From: Octopus bimaculoides
Taxonomy: Eukaryota
DNA: 64,000 nucleotides
Assembly: GCF_001194135.2 (NCBI RefSeq)
Contig: NC_068982.1
Span: forward strand, 127,173,308 to 127,237,307
Direction of reading: 5' to 3'
This document shows, in pieces, positions 34,903 to 49,563 of this stretch (the first letter of the stretch is position 1; the number at the start of each line of letters is the position of its first letter). The notes below the pieces were generated by a model, which was not told the origin of the DNA, made no database searches, and saw only the letters and a list, made by a program, of their open reading frames with translations. The translations under genes and the position numbers were made by a program.

Positions 34903-36779
34903 CTCTCACACTTCTTTTCATCTTGCTCCTGTTCCTTCAACCGTAAATGCGTAACACTTCGACGGACTAGCGTCCCGTTCTAGAGGAACGTTGAGATTTC
35001 GGTCACTTATCGGGATACCGGCCCTATAATTCCTACCACTGGGGTCAATAATATTTTGCAGACTTACGTTTTTTATAACATATGAAAATGAAATAAGAAA
35101 CGAAAATCAAAACTGCAATTGAGTAAAATTTTTAAACGGAAAATCGGTTTCATTGAACTATAGCAGTCGAAATTCTGTAAATATAGATTACATTGAGAGA
35201 AAAACAAAATAATTTTCGTTGAATATGTCAGCTGCAAAACATAGCTGAGAATTGAGTTATCAGTTCAGTGTGAATAAAAAGCTTGAACTCAGAATGTAGA
35301 GAAAGAAGGAATGAATATATGTTGGGTTGTGTCTGCTTGTGTCGAGTTATAATAAAAACAATTTAAGATTAAAATAAAGTACTAAATACTTTTACCAGAA
35401 TGCACATAGTGTTAGAAAGTCGTTGTCACCTCTCTTCTTCTAGTTGTAGTTTATGTGTGTGTGTGTGTGTGGATGAACTTAGAACGTAATGGAACATAGC
35501 TTAAATGTCAAATAGCATCTGGTTCGACACCATGCCATAATTTCAGTCACTCATCATTCTATAAAATATTGAAATGTGTCTTTGCTATACCAAATTATAT
35601 AATAGTTATTCTTTCACTTGAGTAAAATCTTTAAGAAGAAAATTCTTAGAAAATCTCTTTGGCGAACATATTCTCATATTTAATATAAAAGTCAAAATAA
35701 AACATCCGGTAACTCTACTCGAAGCAAACTAACAGAATTGCAGACAGTCCCAGGGATATAAAGTGTCCAAATGTTATATATTACTTTTCTGATAAAACAT
35801 AATCAGTATAAACCTATATATATAAAATGAAGTTACTGTAAGAATTTTGACAGTCTACAATTTTATTTTTACAACTAAGTAACTTGACATTAAAATACAA
35901 ACTACAAAAAAAAAAAAGGTTTTGATTTTGTGCGTGCATATGCAGGGACTTGAAGGATCTTGCGTCGCTTTTAATTCAAACTCTTATTTAATGTAACTAT
36001 TAATTTTCTAAAATTAAAATACTAGAAATTATTTTTATGTTCGTTCAGGTTGCTTAAACTTGTTCTACATTACAATGTGAAATACTTTCTAAATTGTTTT
36101 CAATTATAATTCAACCTGAAGTTAGACCTATTCTCTTTCGAAGCATTTCTTTCAATTCTTGCCATCTTCCCCTCTTGTATTTTAATTAATAACATAATTT
36201 TAATTTCTTTCTTAAATCAGGCGGTAATCCAATAATGACACAGTCACGGTTTCCGCCGCGATCGACTCTTTTCAGATAGATAAAACAAGTACCATTTAAA
36301 CACTGTGGTCGATGTAATTGAATAAACTAAAATTACTGACCTTGTGCCAAAGTTTAAAAACGTTACTGTCACGGTCTGGTGTTATTCAAGACCTAACATA
36401 ATTTTAGAGGAGATTTGGAATATTTTTTTCAACTAGATAAACCTGTAGAAATAATATGATTGTTTTAATCATCTCTACATCGAATAGACAGGCATGCTTT
36501 ACAAACAGTTAATTTAAAACTTGTGATTATCTGCAAGTTAAATGATGACATCTGTGTTAAATAACTGTCTTTTTTTTTTTTTTGGAAAATTACATTTAAC
36601 CTTCCCACTGCATTCATATCACCTTGCAATCATCGTACTAGCAGAATTGAAAGTGCTGTATTTGACATTCCCCTAGTTTGTCATCAAGAATACACTTTAG
36701 GAATGGGTAAATGAAACTCAAGAAATAATCTAGCAGATTATAACTGCTCTATCTTGTTTCAGTTACCGAGAGTGTATCT

Positions 36780-37137
36780 ACACCGGTGCCCTACCTTCAA
36801 AGGTTTAGTCGAACATATCGACCTCACTACGTATTTTTTAATGCGATACATGTTCCATCGACTTCTTTTGCCGAGAGAATAACCGCTTATTCCTAGGGAT
36901 GTAAAAAACCAACACCGGTTGTCCAGTGATAGAATGGAAACACAACACACACGTGCGTGTGCTGTGTGTGTATTAGAGGGGTTTCAACACAGCTTCTGCC
37001 TACCAAATCCACTCACAAGATATTGGTCAGTCTAGAGCTATAGTTGAAGAGACTTGCCCAAGGTACCGTGCAGTGGAACTGAGCCCGAAACAATGTGGCT
37101 GCAAAGCCAACTTCTTAACATCACAGCTAAGCCTGCG
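36780..37137 (-). mobile_element. Degenerate SINE family B copy
   Basis: CTACCAAATCCACTCACAAGATATTGGTC...GAAGAGACTTGCCCAAGGTACCGTGCAGTGG.ACTGAGCCC. Confidence 0.7.
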
Positions 37138-40100
37138 ACTAGGTAATATAGTAGTTTCCTGAGGCAGATGATTCATTGAAAAATGCCTTCAGCTCCTAAA
37201 TTAACCTTAATCAGTGGCGCGAGATTACATTTTCTACAATCTAGCATGGAATTTTGTATCACTTCTCACACTTTCTGAAATTACGATTAATACTTCGGTA
37301 ATAAAGAATATATGTATTTTTTAACGCTTATATTGTAAAGGTAAGCACCTAGGGAGTCGAACCGGAGGCTTGTTTTTGATTTTTGACATGTAACCAGTTT
37401 GCTTCCTCTTTTGTAACTAAATGCACGTGGGAAACAAACATCACAACGTCTTAATTTTTTTTCTCTATTAGCCTTTTTTACCCGTCGTCAGAAATCAATG
37501 TTCATAAGGATTAACTAGGTGAATTGTTAGTTCTTGACAATAATCTTATTTACTTGGATTGTTATTTCATGTATTGAGTTAATAAAATAGAGGTTGTGAT
37601 AGTAATCCAAAACGAAGAACTTCACAGCATTGTTTTAAAATATTTTCTTTATCATTAATTTAAAACTTCAGTTTATTTTCTAACTTAGTTTTACGGAAGT
37701 GGTTTTGTCCTACGTATGAGAGACACAGCAGAAGAAAGGAATTTTCAGTAACTGTTCCAATCCGCTTCATCCACTGTATCTATAGACTTACTAATTTTAT
37801 AGTACAGTAATTGCTCGCCATACCACGGTTCACCTATCGTGGTTTATTATTTAAGCGTACGTCGATTCCTCCGTGGTGTTGTTTTGCATTTATAATAAAA
37901 TAGATGTATACAAATTATAAAAATAATATAAAAACAATATACAATACAGTACTGCTTCTACTTCGAGAATTTTCACCTATCGTGGGGTTTTTTGGAACGT
38001 AACACTCCCTATTGTCGAGACACGAACTCTTTCAAAACCTTCATGAATTCATAGTACTGAGAAAATGAAATACATTTCTTTCTGATCGCTGGTTTCTCAG
38101 ATGATCTGCTTACTTTTTTCATCTAACAAGCCGAAGTCTATAAAATAAAGAAGTATTTTGCCCATATAAACAATGCAATGCTCCTTGCGCTAAAAGTTCA
38201 ATATATTATTACTTCGAAGGTTCCAGCTGTAAAGCACTTTTAATAAAGAATACCTATAAACAGACCCACCAATCTTTAAACTGCTGGTTTAGTGTTTATT
38301 AAACAGCACCTTTCACTTTATAACCGCGACCTCTGCGTCAGCTATTTATGCGACCAAATGTCAATGTGTCAATTATGTTGACCGGAAGTTCAATGTTATA
38401 TACATATTGGATTTGGGCAACCCTTTGGCGAGTCACAATGATGTAGGAGGAACAACTGTATGTATTCACATTCCTTGTTACTCTCTCTCTCTCTCTTTTA
38501 AGTTAACTGTCTCTTACGAAGAAGTGACACAACTGTCACTTTTTCTCTGCAGACACCTTCCTAAACGCTCTAGTCACAGCTAGATGGGTTACCTTACAAT
38601 ATCTGATTAATTCATTGAATTTATAGATAAGCAATTACATCGTGAATTAACCATCTTATTCATCTATAAAAATCAAAGATTGCTGGACTCACTTTTCATT
38701 TATTCCTAGATGTTTCAAAATTTTCGTTGCACTATTGCGACCTGGCCACTGACAGTTCAAAAATAAATAACGCTGTACAAATGACCTCAAATCACAATGA
38801 TTGCGACAAAAATTGTAACAGTTTCTCTGTTTTTTAGGTGGCTTGAGTAGCTTTTCCACAATATAATGCTTCATTTACTACGAAAGATTTCAGATTAAGC
38901 CACTCACTTGCTTGACAAGTACAACTCCAAATTGATTAAAACAGTCGGATGTCATTTTCTGATTCATTAATATCATTCTCCAGTCTCTGCGTTTTGTGCT
39001 AGGAAACTTCAGAAAAAAACTTGATATCATGCCGGGAAAAACTCAATTATTTACACATTCGCATCCAATCATGTGGCTTTCGCATGTAATATTCGCTAAC
39101 CAGATATGTTTCTACCTTGTTGCACGTCCCCTTTTGTGCCATAGAAGCATTTCTCAATAAATGTTTTTTTCTTTTTCTGAATGCCCTTCAATGTCCTTTC
39201 CTCTCGTCAGTCTTGAATTGTTTTATTATAATAAATGCAGTACAACACCAATATAATAAATGTTAATTGCAGCAGAATTATCAATAAAATGTTAAATTAT
39301 ATGATGACGTTATTTCGTCGGCAAATGTAAGATTAGGCATTTAACGCTGATTTCATAGATAAAAATAAAATGTAGTAGTAGTATTTATAAAGAAGACCAA
39401 TGAATAGATTGCTACATTGTTCTTGCTTTCTCAAGTATATTGGTGACATTAAGAGGTGTAAGCGAGATTCGAAATTTGACTCGCGTATTTTGCTTGTTGA
39501 GAGTTTATTTCAACTCAACAGTGTTTATCATTTGACTGTTTAAAAAAGTATTATTTTCGTATATTAGCACAAAGATAAAATCAGTTGGGTTAGGAACAGG
39601 TAGATTAATATATCTAACATTACCCCCGATACCTATTTCGCAACAGGATAATGAAAAGCTATCAAACTTTGCAGGATTTGATCTGAGACCATAACTGATC
39701 TCTACTCGTTACTTGAAGGTATCTTGTCCAGTGCACGACCTCTTGTCACAACCCGAAGATTGCGTTATGCTGGTGACAATATAGATGAAACTGTAGTCAA
39801 TTCCACACCATTTGGGGTTTAAAACCCTCCCTGTGTTGATAAACATAATACCTTAAATACGCTTGTGTGCTGATACTTTAAACTAGTTTCAGTTATAGGG
39901 AACCTGTGATAATTTGAGAAATGGACGGAACAATTACCATACTTAATAAAGATTTTAAACTTATATAACACGATGGGAAAGCTAAAGAAACATTTTATAG
40001 ATACCGACTCTGTTTTGTCTCCTCGTTAATAAGTGTGGGGGGTAAAAGTTACAGCTAATAAATTTTGGCTAAGTTTGCTATTTGTCAGATTGGGAATCAA

Positions 40101-40567
40101 TGCTTTAAGTTATTAGTTGGCATTTCCCTATTTATCTGATCGGATCAGAAATAAAGTGCAAATGAGAAACCGTAAAAATTTGGGTAGCGGCATGATTGAC
40201 CAAATCAATATAATTATACCAACATCTTGTGTCGAATGCGTATAGCTTACTTGCTGTATACAAAGAAACTTCAGAAACTAAAGGTTTTATGCAGTAAATA
40301 ATAGGCTTTGAAATCTGTATAAACTGAAAGCAGAGAGAAGGACAAAGCTTTTAAACACGTTAAAGTTAAAATCCTTATTCTAAACATCTTAGACTTGCTT
40401 AATTATTGACTTCACTTGACACAGAGTTTTAGATTTATAGGTGAGAGATAAAAATGTTGTACTTTCATGTTTGCTCGTAGAGCAGAACTTCCAGTTTGGA
40501 AATGAAACTTAGTTGAAGACTCAATTCGCCGAAAAACCCACTCTTATGCGAAACAAGATTCCAAAGT

Positions 40568-40926
40568 GCTACTTTGGTGTGTGTGATCTACAATTTCAAG
40601 GGCGATTACTTCAGGTTAAGTTTTAGTTTCTTTACGTTGCAAAACTCGCGGCTGCCAAACTTTTGTGATCTATGCGATTATTTTAATTATTATATTGTTT
40701 ATTCGTGGTTTCTTATTGCTATTTACTAAACATAAATGGAACATGGTTTTATTATTATTAAAATAGTAAGAATTTTGAAAAAATACATTTACAAATTATG
40801 TATAAAAGAATTTATTGTAAAAAGTCTGTTGTCAACATAGTAAGTCCTTTTAGAAATTGGAAAGTAAACTAAAAAAGTAACCTATAGTAATCGCTCTGTA
40901 GGTTGTAGATCACACGCCAAAATAGC
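40568..40926. repeat. Degenerate foldback/MITE with about 50-bp inverted arms
   Basis: GCTACTTTGGTGTGTGTGATCTACAA...GGCGATTACTTCAGGTT (40568-40617) versus AACCTATAGTAATCGC...TTGTAGATCACACGCCAAAATAGC (40879-40926). Confidence 0.65.
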
Positions 40927-41149
40927 AGCGTCTCCAAACCACACTCCTACAAAGAAATACTAAGAAATGAAAAAAAAGAAAAAGAAGAAAAATCATGACT
41001 AGACAAGGTCTGTTAGTTTTTGGAATAAACTTAGCCTTTTCAGCTTTAGTTATGTTTTAATTCTTGTTTTAACGAACTCATTATAATATGCTTCTTGAGT
41101 CCATAGCTTAGCTTTACGCTTCTTCCCTTTCATTTCAAGAGCACTCATT

Positions 41150-41372
41150 ATAATTATTTCTACCCTAGGCACAAAGCCTTGAAAATTTTGGGGGAGGGGG
41201 AATAGTCGATTACATCGACCCTAGTGCGTAACTGATACTTTATTTCATCGATCCTGAAAGGAAGGAAGGCAAAGTCGACTTCGGCGGAATTTGAACTCAG
41301 AACGTAGTTGCAGACGAAATATCGCTAAGCATTTCGTCCGGCGTCCTAACGATTCCATCAGCTCGCCACCTT
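41150..41372 (-). mobile_element. SINE family A copy
   Basis: Full head, core and GGCACAAAGCC tail motifs on the minus strand. Confidence 0.85.
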
Positions 41373-42138
41373 GAGAGCACCCATTGTAATGGCGGCCCAC
41401 ATTTGGTTTCTTCTGTATATAGTCACATAGCATGAAACTAACTTTATATACGCCCGCCCGCGCGCGCATACACGGAAGAAACCCATACACAACTACATTT
41501 TACATTTTTATGTCGTACTTCCATGATGTTTATTTTTAGTATTCACGATAAACCTCATTTACCTTAGGGGAATTTATGATTTTATTAGAGTTTCCGGTGA
41601 AAATAAGGTCTTTCTTGCGATAAGACTAGTTAACTACAATAAAATTGATTTGCATAGTCCGTATAATTAATTTAATTGGAATTTGATGTCCCAGCTAAGA
41701 AAGAAGTATGCTCTCAACTTAACACAATGAGCGAAATATTCAGACACCTTCTATAAATATTTAAATTTCGAGCATTCTTAAAATAACGAAGAACATATGT
41801 ATAACCGTTAGTATTTTTTAATACATGTTTAACGACTCGACTTTTCTTCGGAACATTAACAAAAGTGGTAAGCCGTTGTCTCTAATTTCCTATATATTTT
41901 CAGGTGACAGAATTTGGGGATACATTTTGTAGCTCAGACATTTAACTAATTTTTAAAACTTTATTATTTTTCCTGTAATGATAACCATACGTGAGAGTAA
42001 AGTTTCCTTTCGTCAAACCATTTTATTTGGCCGGGAAGTTCAAGTTATGGTGTTAATTTCTGATTCCTTGTAGACTGGTATACTCAACTAAAATTTGAAA
42101 GTATACATATTTTGGAAAATTGTTACACCGTGAATTTT

Positions 42139-42518
42139 AGGCGCAGGTATGGCTATGTGGTAAAAAATTTACTTCCTAACTACATGGTTCTGAGTTCAGT
42201 CCCACTGTATGACACCCTGGGAAAGTTTCTTCTGCCATAGCCTCGGGCTGACCAAAGACTTGTGAGTGGATTTGGTTGACGGAAACTGAAAGAAGCCCGT
42301 CACATACACACACACCCACGTGTGTGTGTGTGTCCCCACCACTGCTTGACAACTGGTATTGGTGTGTTTACGTCTCCATTAATTAGCGGTTTGGCAAAAG
42401 AGACTGATGGAATAAGTGTCAGGCTTTAAAAAAAATAAGTATTGAGGTTGATTCGTTTGACTAATAATTTTTCACGGCGGTGCCCCAGCTTGACCGCCGT
42501 CAAATGACTGAAACAAGA
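42139..42518 (+). mobile_element. SINE family B copy, full length
   Basis: Same head, CORE-like and GGAAACTGAAAGAAGCCCGTC motifs and tail as 56125-56536. Confidence 0.85.
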
Positions 42519-44640
42519 GAATGTTCATTATAAATTTGTCTTTGGTTATTGTATTTGTTCATATAAGAAATAAATGAAACACCGGAGATCGCAATTGAGC
42601 AATAGATAATGTCTGTGCGAGTCTTGATCAGTAACTTATTTCGCTTCCCCGTTGAAACCACTTCACCTCATTTTTAAGTAGTTAGTCTGCTCGAGAAAGG
42701 CATGAACATTATACAATCATGTTTTTTCTTGTGAATTTATACCTTTGCATTCAGTTAGAAATCCATAAACATAGTCACCGGGCGTTTACAAAATAAAACA
42801 AAAAAATATATAACCCCACAACATGTAAAGCTAATCTGTTTGAACCGAATGAACCTTTGAACTAATCCATTACCTACCAGGAGAACAATAAATCTGAGGG
42901 TTTGCTGATCGTTGTGGTTATTTATTTTATTGTTCATTATTGAAGAAAAGAAATGAGATAAAATTGACATTTTTATGAAGTCGCTTCTTTGTCAGAAGCT
43001 CCATGTATTATTTTATTAGATTATTTTTATTGCGGATATCATTTTAAAATTGCAAATCTGTAAATATTTAGCGGTGTCTTAATCACAAAGGTCTATCTGA
43101 TTTAATAGTTTAATCTCGGTATTTTATATCATGTCCTTATCTAGATTGTCAGTACTTTTTTTTTTTTTTCTTATTTGGTTTAATTATAAGAAAGCGCTAC
43201 TTTGCAAACACATTATAGTCTTTATGTCCCAGTCAACTTTTATCTCATTACAGCAAGTACACTAGGGTTGAATACTTATTTCACATCAGTGTTACAAGAG
43301 AGCATCGAAGTATTCGTAGATATGTCTAATAATTGTTTGTAATTTAGACACAAGGCCAACAATGTTTTGAGAAAGCGTGAAACTATCATTTTCTGTGAAA
43401 TCAATTCTAAGAAATAATTAGTAGCAATTATTAGCAATCAATGTTCATTCTATAATGACATAAATATGCTGTACGAGGATAAGCTATAAGTTGCGCCAGA
43501 AATTAGCTTTTATAATGTGTGCTTTATTTACAAAAATTATTTTAAAATCTCGAGAATTTACTAACGTCCAGTCTTATATTTTTTTTTATTTTTCGAGTTT
43601 GCCAAATAGCTTTATAAAAATTGCTAACTACCTTTCTTTTTATTGGCGAACGTCTTGTTTTTTAGTATGTTAATATACTATAGTAAACGTTTTCATATTC
43701 AATGTTTTTTGCACAATGAAATAAATATACGAATTATGACAGAGTGATCATACGTTTGAAAGTTTAATTTCTGTGGCTTACAGAAGTTCTATTTTTCACT
43801 TGGTCCCTAAATATGTGGTAAGCCCTTCACCTCCTCTCGCTATTGAGAATCGCAGAAAATTCTAGTTTCACAACTGCATAGAAGCCTGATTTTTGTTAGC
43901 AGGCACAGCGAAAGCTATAGGCATGATTTTATTTTATTTTATTAAGCTGCATTACTAGAATATAATCACCTGGAGCCCTTTAGATCAAAGCATATAGACC
44001 TTTACAAGTAGAAAAATGAGTTGCGAACAATTTCGAAATATATCTTATTTATCTGCTCTTCCTCTATCTCTTATATACACACATGCAAAAGATGTTGAAG
44101 AAATCAAAGATTGTTATAATTTAATCATATATTTTATTAATTTTGGAGGTGAGTATTTAAAAAAACTGCTTTGTTTCTTTTTTCATTCTTTCATTTCTGT
44201 TTTTGCTACAACTGCTCTGCTTTGATTTTATTTAAAATCTTTGTGCTAACGTCTCATTAGTCAGGAGTCGTTGCGACTTATATAGTTTTGCAAAAAAGTC
44301 TTACCATTAACGTTGAGAGTTACCTGAAGCATGCTTGGTACTAGTTCAAACGTTGTGTTTCATGTTTTTATATTTCAGTTAGATAGTGGTTTCTGCAGTA
44401 GAAAATAAAATTTATCACCTTCCGAGAAGGCAATTATTATTTCTTTTCCCGATCTTCAGGATCACCAAAAAGCCGCTTTATGTTCGTAAATTAGACATTT
44501 AATCAAACTGAAAAGGAGGGAAATAGAAACACCAAATTGTTAGAAAATCTGGCCCCAATAGAAAAAGTCCGAGTTTCGATATTATTAGATCTCAGCAAAA
44601 TACATTCTCAGTAGGCAGACTAATGAATGATATGCATGTG

Positions 44641-44685
<45 letters not shown>

Positions 44686-46821
44686 GATAGAGTGGCGTTG
44701 ATTATGAATAGCAACGTTATAGCTGAACGGGAATTATAGCAGTGGACTAACTGTTCTACATACTAAATACAAGTACGGCCAAGACCCACATGTATAATAT
44801 AGTTAATGTTGAAAGATCGATCCATCGGGATTATCTATACAATAATTAAGATCCCCTTCTCGAAGGTCTATTAAATCTGATTACTGGTTTTGCAAGTTGC
44901 TTCAACTTTTCGTAAAACGTTCCCTGCCGTAGAGGACATTCCGGTATGTTCGCCATCTTTAGTTACTTAGGATAGTCGTTTTTGTAGCATTGTAAATGCA
45001 AGGGCGTAATATATTTGAGGGAAGATGTACACAGTCGATTTAATCAACCCCAATACACAGCAGCTACTTATTTTATAGTCGGAAAATAGAAAAATAAAAT
45101 CAGGCCCGGTCCAATTTCAGTTAGTATTGCAAGGGGTTTTACCCAACACTACACTGAATCATCTTTGACTGCATGAATTAGTCTTAAGTTAAAACTGCGG
45201 CTATGAAACTGATGCTGTTTTTTTTTTCTGAATACTATCGCTACACAAATAAGATATCTATACGGACGTTTTCAGAAGCAACGACTGAGATTAAATTAAG
45301 ACAGCAAAAATGAATGGAAAAAAAAAAAAAACGTATATATTGAAAGTTGAATGTAGTGTCACATTATTCATAGCGAAATAATAAAAGACATGAATAGATT
45401 ATAGATCCAACCAAGTGTTGCTAGGATAATTGTTTAAAAACTACGTGGTATTTCATGCTTTTTTTAAAGTAGCTTATGCTGTCATGAAAATATAACTTGT
45501 TTAATAAAAATAAATAACGGGTCAGATAAATTTTGCAGCGGATCATTTGTCGGTTGTTCGTGGATTTATATGTTAAATGCTGAATTAATTCATCTTTTTC
45601 ATTATTTCACGAAAGAGTTTATGACCAATAGAATGAAATTTCTGAGCTAATGACCTCCGGTTGCGGTATCCTGCTTTGAGGGTGACAATCACCTTGTCAC
45701 TGTCATAAAAAGACAACCTCTCGCTTCAGGAAGTTTTCTGTTTTCTTTATTCAACAGATTGATTAATTTTCGTCGTATGTAAAGAGTCAAGCTTTTAGAT
45801 GTATGCCTAACAAAAGAAATTGAACAAGAAGTTAGAAGTATTGCAAGCCGATAGAGGTTAGATTCTTGAGTGGGAGCATACATGAACTACATACTACCCA
45901 TCAGATTAAATATTATTTAGTGCCCTGACAACCAAGCTATGTAGTCTTTACATGCTTAATATCTCACGCGTCGTTTTCCCAATGTAATTTATTGGGTTGA
46001 TCATAAATGGTTATTGAATAAGCTTTTGTGTGTTTAGAACATTTAGAAATTCACTAGTTGCTACTGCAGTCATGTCAGCACTTCGGTGATCATATACTTG
46101 CTTTCTAAATCTTATTTTTTTCAAGTTAATAAATACAAACTAATGCAAGTTGTTCTATTTAGTTCGTATACGGCGTTGTTATAAATAAGCAAGGATATAG
46201 TTATTACTTGCATATAACGTCGTAGTTTCAATTCGTAATTGATATCTTAGATTTTTCAAACGCAAACTTTGTTTACAGTTTTTAATTTTCATAAGATTTC
46301 ACTGTTTTTGTATTGTTTTAATTCTGAGTATTGTATCCAATGCCGAGATTGTAACAAATAAATTGAAAACGAAGAAATGAATGTATCAGATTCTTATTTC
46401 CTGTACGTGACTAGGGTAAAACCATGGCAACAGATTTCGTTTTCGTTTTATATCAGTAACTTACCCTGGAGATGGATATAATTTCCAGATTATATCCATG
46501 CAAGAATTTGGACCCTGTGCTGCACACTAATGAACCATTCACCAAATATACAATACCACCACTGCGTACAATAGTAAAGATAAGTTTCGATTTCTTTATA
46601 TCTCACCAATAAAGTTCAGAAACGGTATTAATATCATCGGAAAATTTAAATTAAAGAGAAATATTTCGAAGTTATTAATAAACAAGAGCTGGCAGTTTTA
46701 AAAAATGGAATGAAATAGAAACAAACAATCTGGATGAGTCCAATAACATTGAAATGACTTTCACGGAGTGGTTCGTTCAAACTGATGAAGTTTGTGAAGG
46801 TTGTAGCAGCATTACCTACCA

Positions 46822-47240
46822 TACTTGTATAAACAAGAGAGGAATTGCTCTCGTCAGCAAGTCACATATTGCCTCCTTGACCAACATCAAAAATACAAAT
46901 GGAGAAACTTAGTAAAAGCTAATTGACTGCTGTAGATTTCGGGCGTGACTTATTGGTCTGGGTGTTCGGCTTACGATCATAAGGTCGTGAATTCGATACC
47001 CAGTGACGCGTTGTGTCCTTGAGCAATATACTTTATTTCACATTGCTCCAATAAGAAAAAGAGAAACAATATATCTTTTGTTGAGAAAAGGTTCCATTTT
47101 CAACGAAGACAGTAGATTGATGATGTTTGGGTTCACCTCTCTGAATTTTAAAACTTTATTTTCGATCTGATAAATTCTACTTGTATAAACAAGATAGGAA
47201 TTGCTCTCGTCAGCAAGTCACATATTGTCCCCTTGCCCAA
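46822..47240. repeat. 63-bp direct repeat (46822-46884 and 47178-47240), 59/63 identical
   Basis: TACTTGTATAAACAAGA(G/T)AGGAATTGCTCTCGTCAGCAAGTCACATATTG...CCAA occurs twice. Confidence 0.9.
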
Positions 47241-48659
47241 TTTAGGTGACGACTACTTTTGTATCTCCCCTTAACTATGAAATTCAATGAACCACCAGAT
47301 AATTCTTTACTTATTACCAAATCAGGTTTGCATAAATGCTTCTGAACTATTTGTTACAAATTTGAAATAGAATAATCTTAAAGACTGATGTATCTTATAT
47401 CTTTATTGAAATAAATCAAAAACTATAGAATTAAAAAAAAATAATCTGGTTGAAAATAATATAAATTGCAAGAGACCATGACTGAGCAGACGACACTTTA
47501 GTTTTGACAGTGTGAAGCAAAAGAGAGAAATCTCTGCATACGACGCACATTTATCACAAATATCATTTTCAGATAAGTTTATAAATCAGCTATCTATCTA
47601 TTCCCCACAGCTTAGTCCACATCAAATTGTTTAGTAGCAGAGTGAAATTCCTATAACCGATTTGCACCCAGAAACATTTATGTACTTTTTTCTTCAAATT
47701 GTCTTAATATTAACTATATATCTTTCTTAAGGCCAACTTTTAAGACATACAGTTAACTAACACAATTTAAGAATTTCATCTATCAATCTTATTGTTTAGA
47801 TATATTGCAATTGACTTCTTTTACTTAAAGGATAGAATGGTGAAGTGAAATAATAAATTTAGTTTGAGGCCTTTTTCACTCTGCTTCTTTTCTTGAAAAA
47901 AATTTAAGTGCTTACGCGAATATTTTAACGTTTCATAACATCGTCCGCTTAACGAGGATTACAATTGAAAAATCTAATTAAAATAGAGTATCTTAATTAG
48001 TAGGAAACTTAGATGTGTTTATTAAAAGTTTTAAACAGATGCGTATGAGCGCTAGAAAACTGTTTGTGGGCTTTAACTTTAAGTGTTGAAATAGCCTGAT
48101 CACAAATGAGGAATTTAAAAAAATCTTTAGTTTATATTGCCTATTTATTTTTGTAAATTAAGTTTTAATGAAAATTCAGACAGCACACAGTAATTTGTAT
48201 TAAATTTCATATTCAGTATAAAATATAAACTTATAAATGTATGTACTTTCGTTTGTCAAACTGTGTCTGAGCGTTGTTGCTTCCAAATGTGTCACTTGTA
48301 TTGTTCACGGTACTTAACATTTTTTATCTTCCTTCAAAGAGTGTCTAGCTGTAAAATTCATTGCTCATTCTTCTGCTTGTTTTGTTTGTGGTTGGTTGTA
48401 TTTTCGAAATTTTGTCTATAAGGCAGCATTGATTCTGCTTTTCTATGCTTTTTTGATTGGATCTAAAGAAAAATAATGTTCAACTGTTTTTTTCCTCCTC
48501 AAAAAGGTAAGGAATAAAAAAAGAAAAAAAAAACGAAAACAGATCCCTTTTTTAAGTTGTAGATTTACTAGATACGACATACAAATAAAAATGCAATTGC
48601 CAAAGAAAATTAAGAAATCGCAAATCTACTTGAAACGTATCTTTGCGACGCAAGGTAAT

Positions 48660-48861
48660 AATAATCCTTTCTACTAAAGGCACAAGACCTGAAATTTGCA
48701 GGGAAGGGAGCAGTCAATTATGTCGTACTCAGGATTTCACTGGTAGTTAATATAAAAGCAAAGTTAACCATGGCGGAATTTGAACTCGGAACGTAAAAAC
48801 GGACGAAGTACCGCTAAGCATTTTGCCCAACGTGCTAACGATTCTGCCAGCTCGTCGCCTT
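48660..48861 (-). mobile_element. SINE family A copy
   Basis: GGAATTTGAACTCGGAACGT...ACCGCTAAGCATTTTGCCC...GATTCTGCCAGCTCG. Confidence 0.8.
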
Positions 48862-49341
48862 AAACAAGCACAATTTAAGTAAAAAAAAAACAAAAAAAAA
48901 AACGTAGTGGGGGAAATGTAGAAAAACGAAATAAAAGAATTACACTGTGTACAGTTAAAATAAATACTGAAAAGAAATAGACCTAAAGTTTTGGGTTATG
49001 CCTTTTTAGAATAAAAGTGAATGGCTTAAGTGAAGGAGGAGAAAATGAAATAGGACCGTACCAAATTTACGACGTCCGTTTACAGTGCACATGAGTATAA
49101 TTAAGTTAAATATAAATAAAACAAACAAATAAGAGCAATCCACCAACAAACGGGTGAAAAGTCGTCACCTTAGTTTAATCGAGGCACACCACGATACTAA
49201 TTGCCTTCAGAGTCCGTATACCCTGTATCTGTGTCACTGAAAATATTCGGCCTCGAAATCCGTGTGCAACTCATGTGGCGGAGTAGGTGGCACACGTCCT
49301 CTTAATGGTAAAGATATAGCAGTTAATATCCCTTTCTATGA

Positions 49342-49563
49342 AAAGCGGTGAGCTGGCAGAAACGTTAGCGCGCCGGTAGATTTGCTTAGCGGTATTTCGT
49401 CTGCTGCTATACGTTCTGAGTTCAAATTCCGCAGAGGTTGACTTTTCTTTTCATCCTTTCGGGGTAGATAAATTAAGTACCAGTTGCATACTAGGGGAGA
49501 TCTAATTGACTGGCTCCCATCCTCAAATATTTCGGGCCTTGTGCCTAGAGTAGAAAAGAATAT
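49342..49563 (+). mobile_element. SINE family A copy
   Basis: GCGGTGAGCTGGCAGAAACGTTAGC...CTGAGTTCAAATTCC...TTTCATCCTTTCGGGGTAGATAAATTAAGTACCAG...GGCCTTGTGCCTAGAGTAGAAAAG. Confidence 0.85.

Noticed and set aside
45689-45883. MYAPT at the start of a minus-strand ORF as an RTE endonuclease motif
   Set aside because: A 4-residue match with no supporting flanking motifs.
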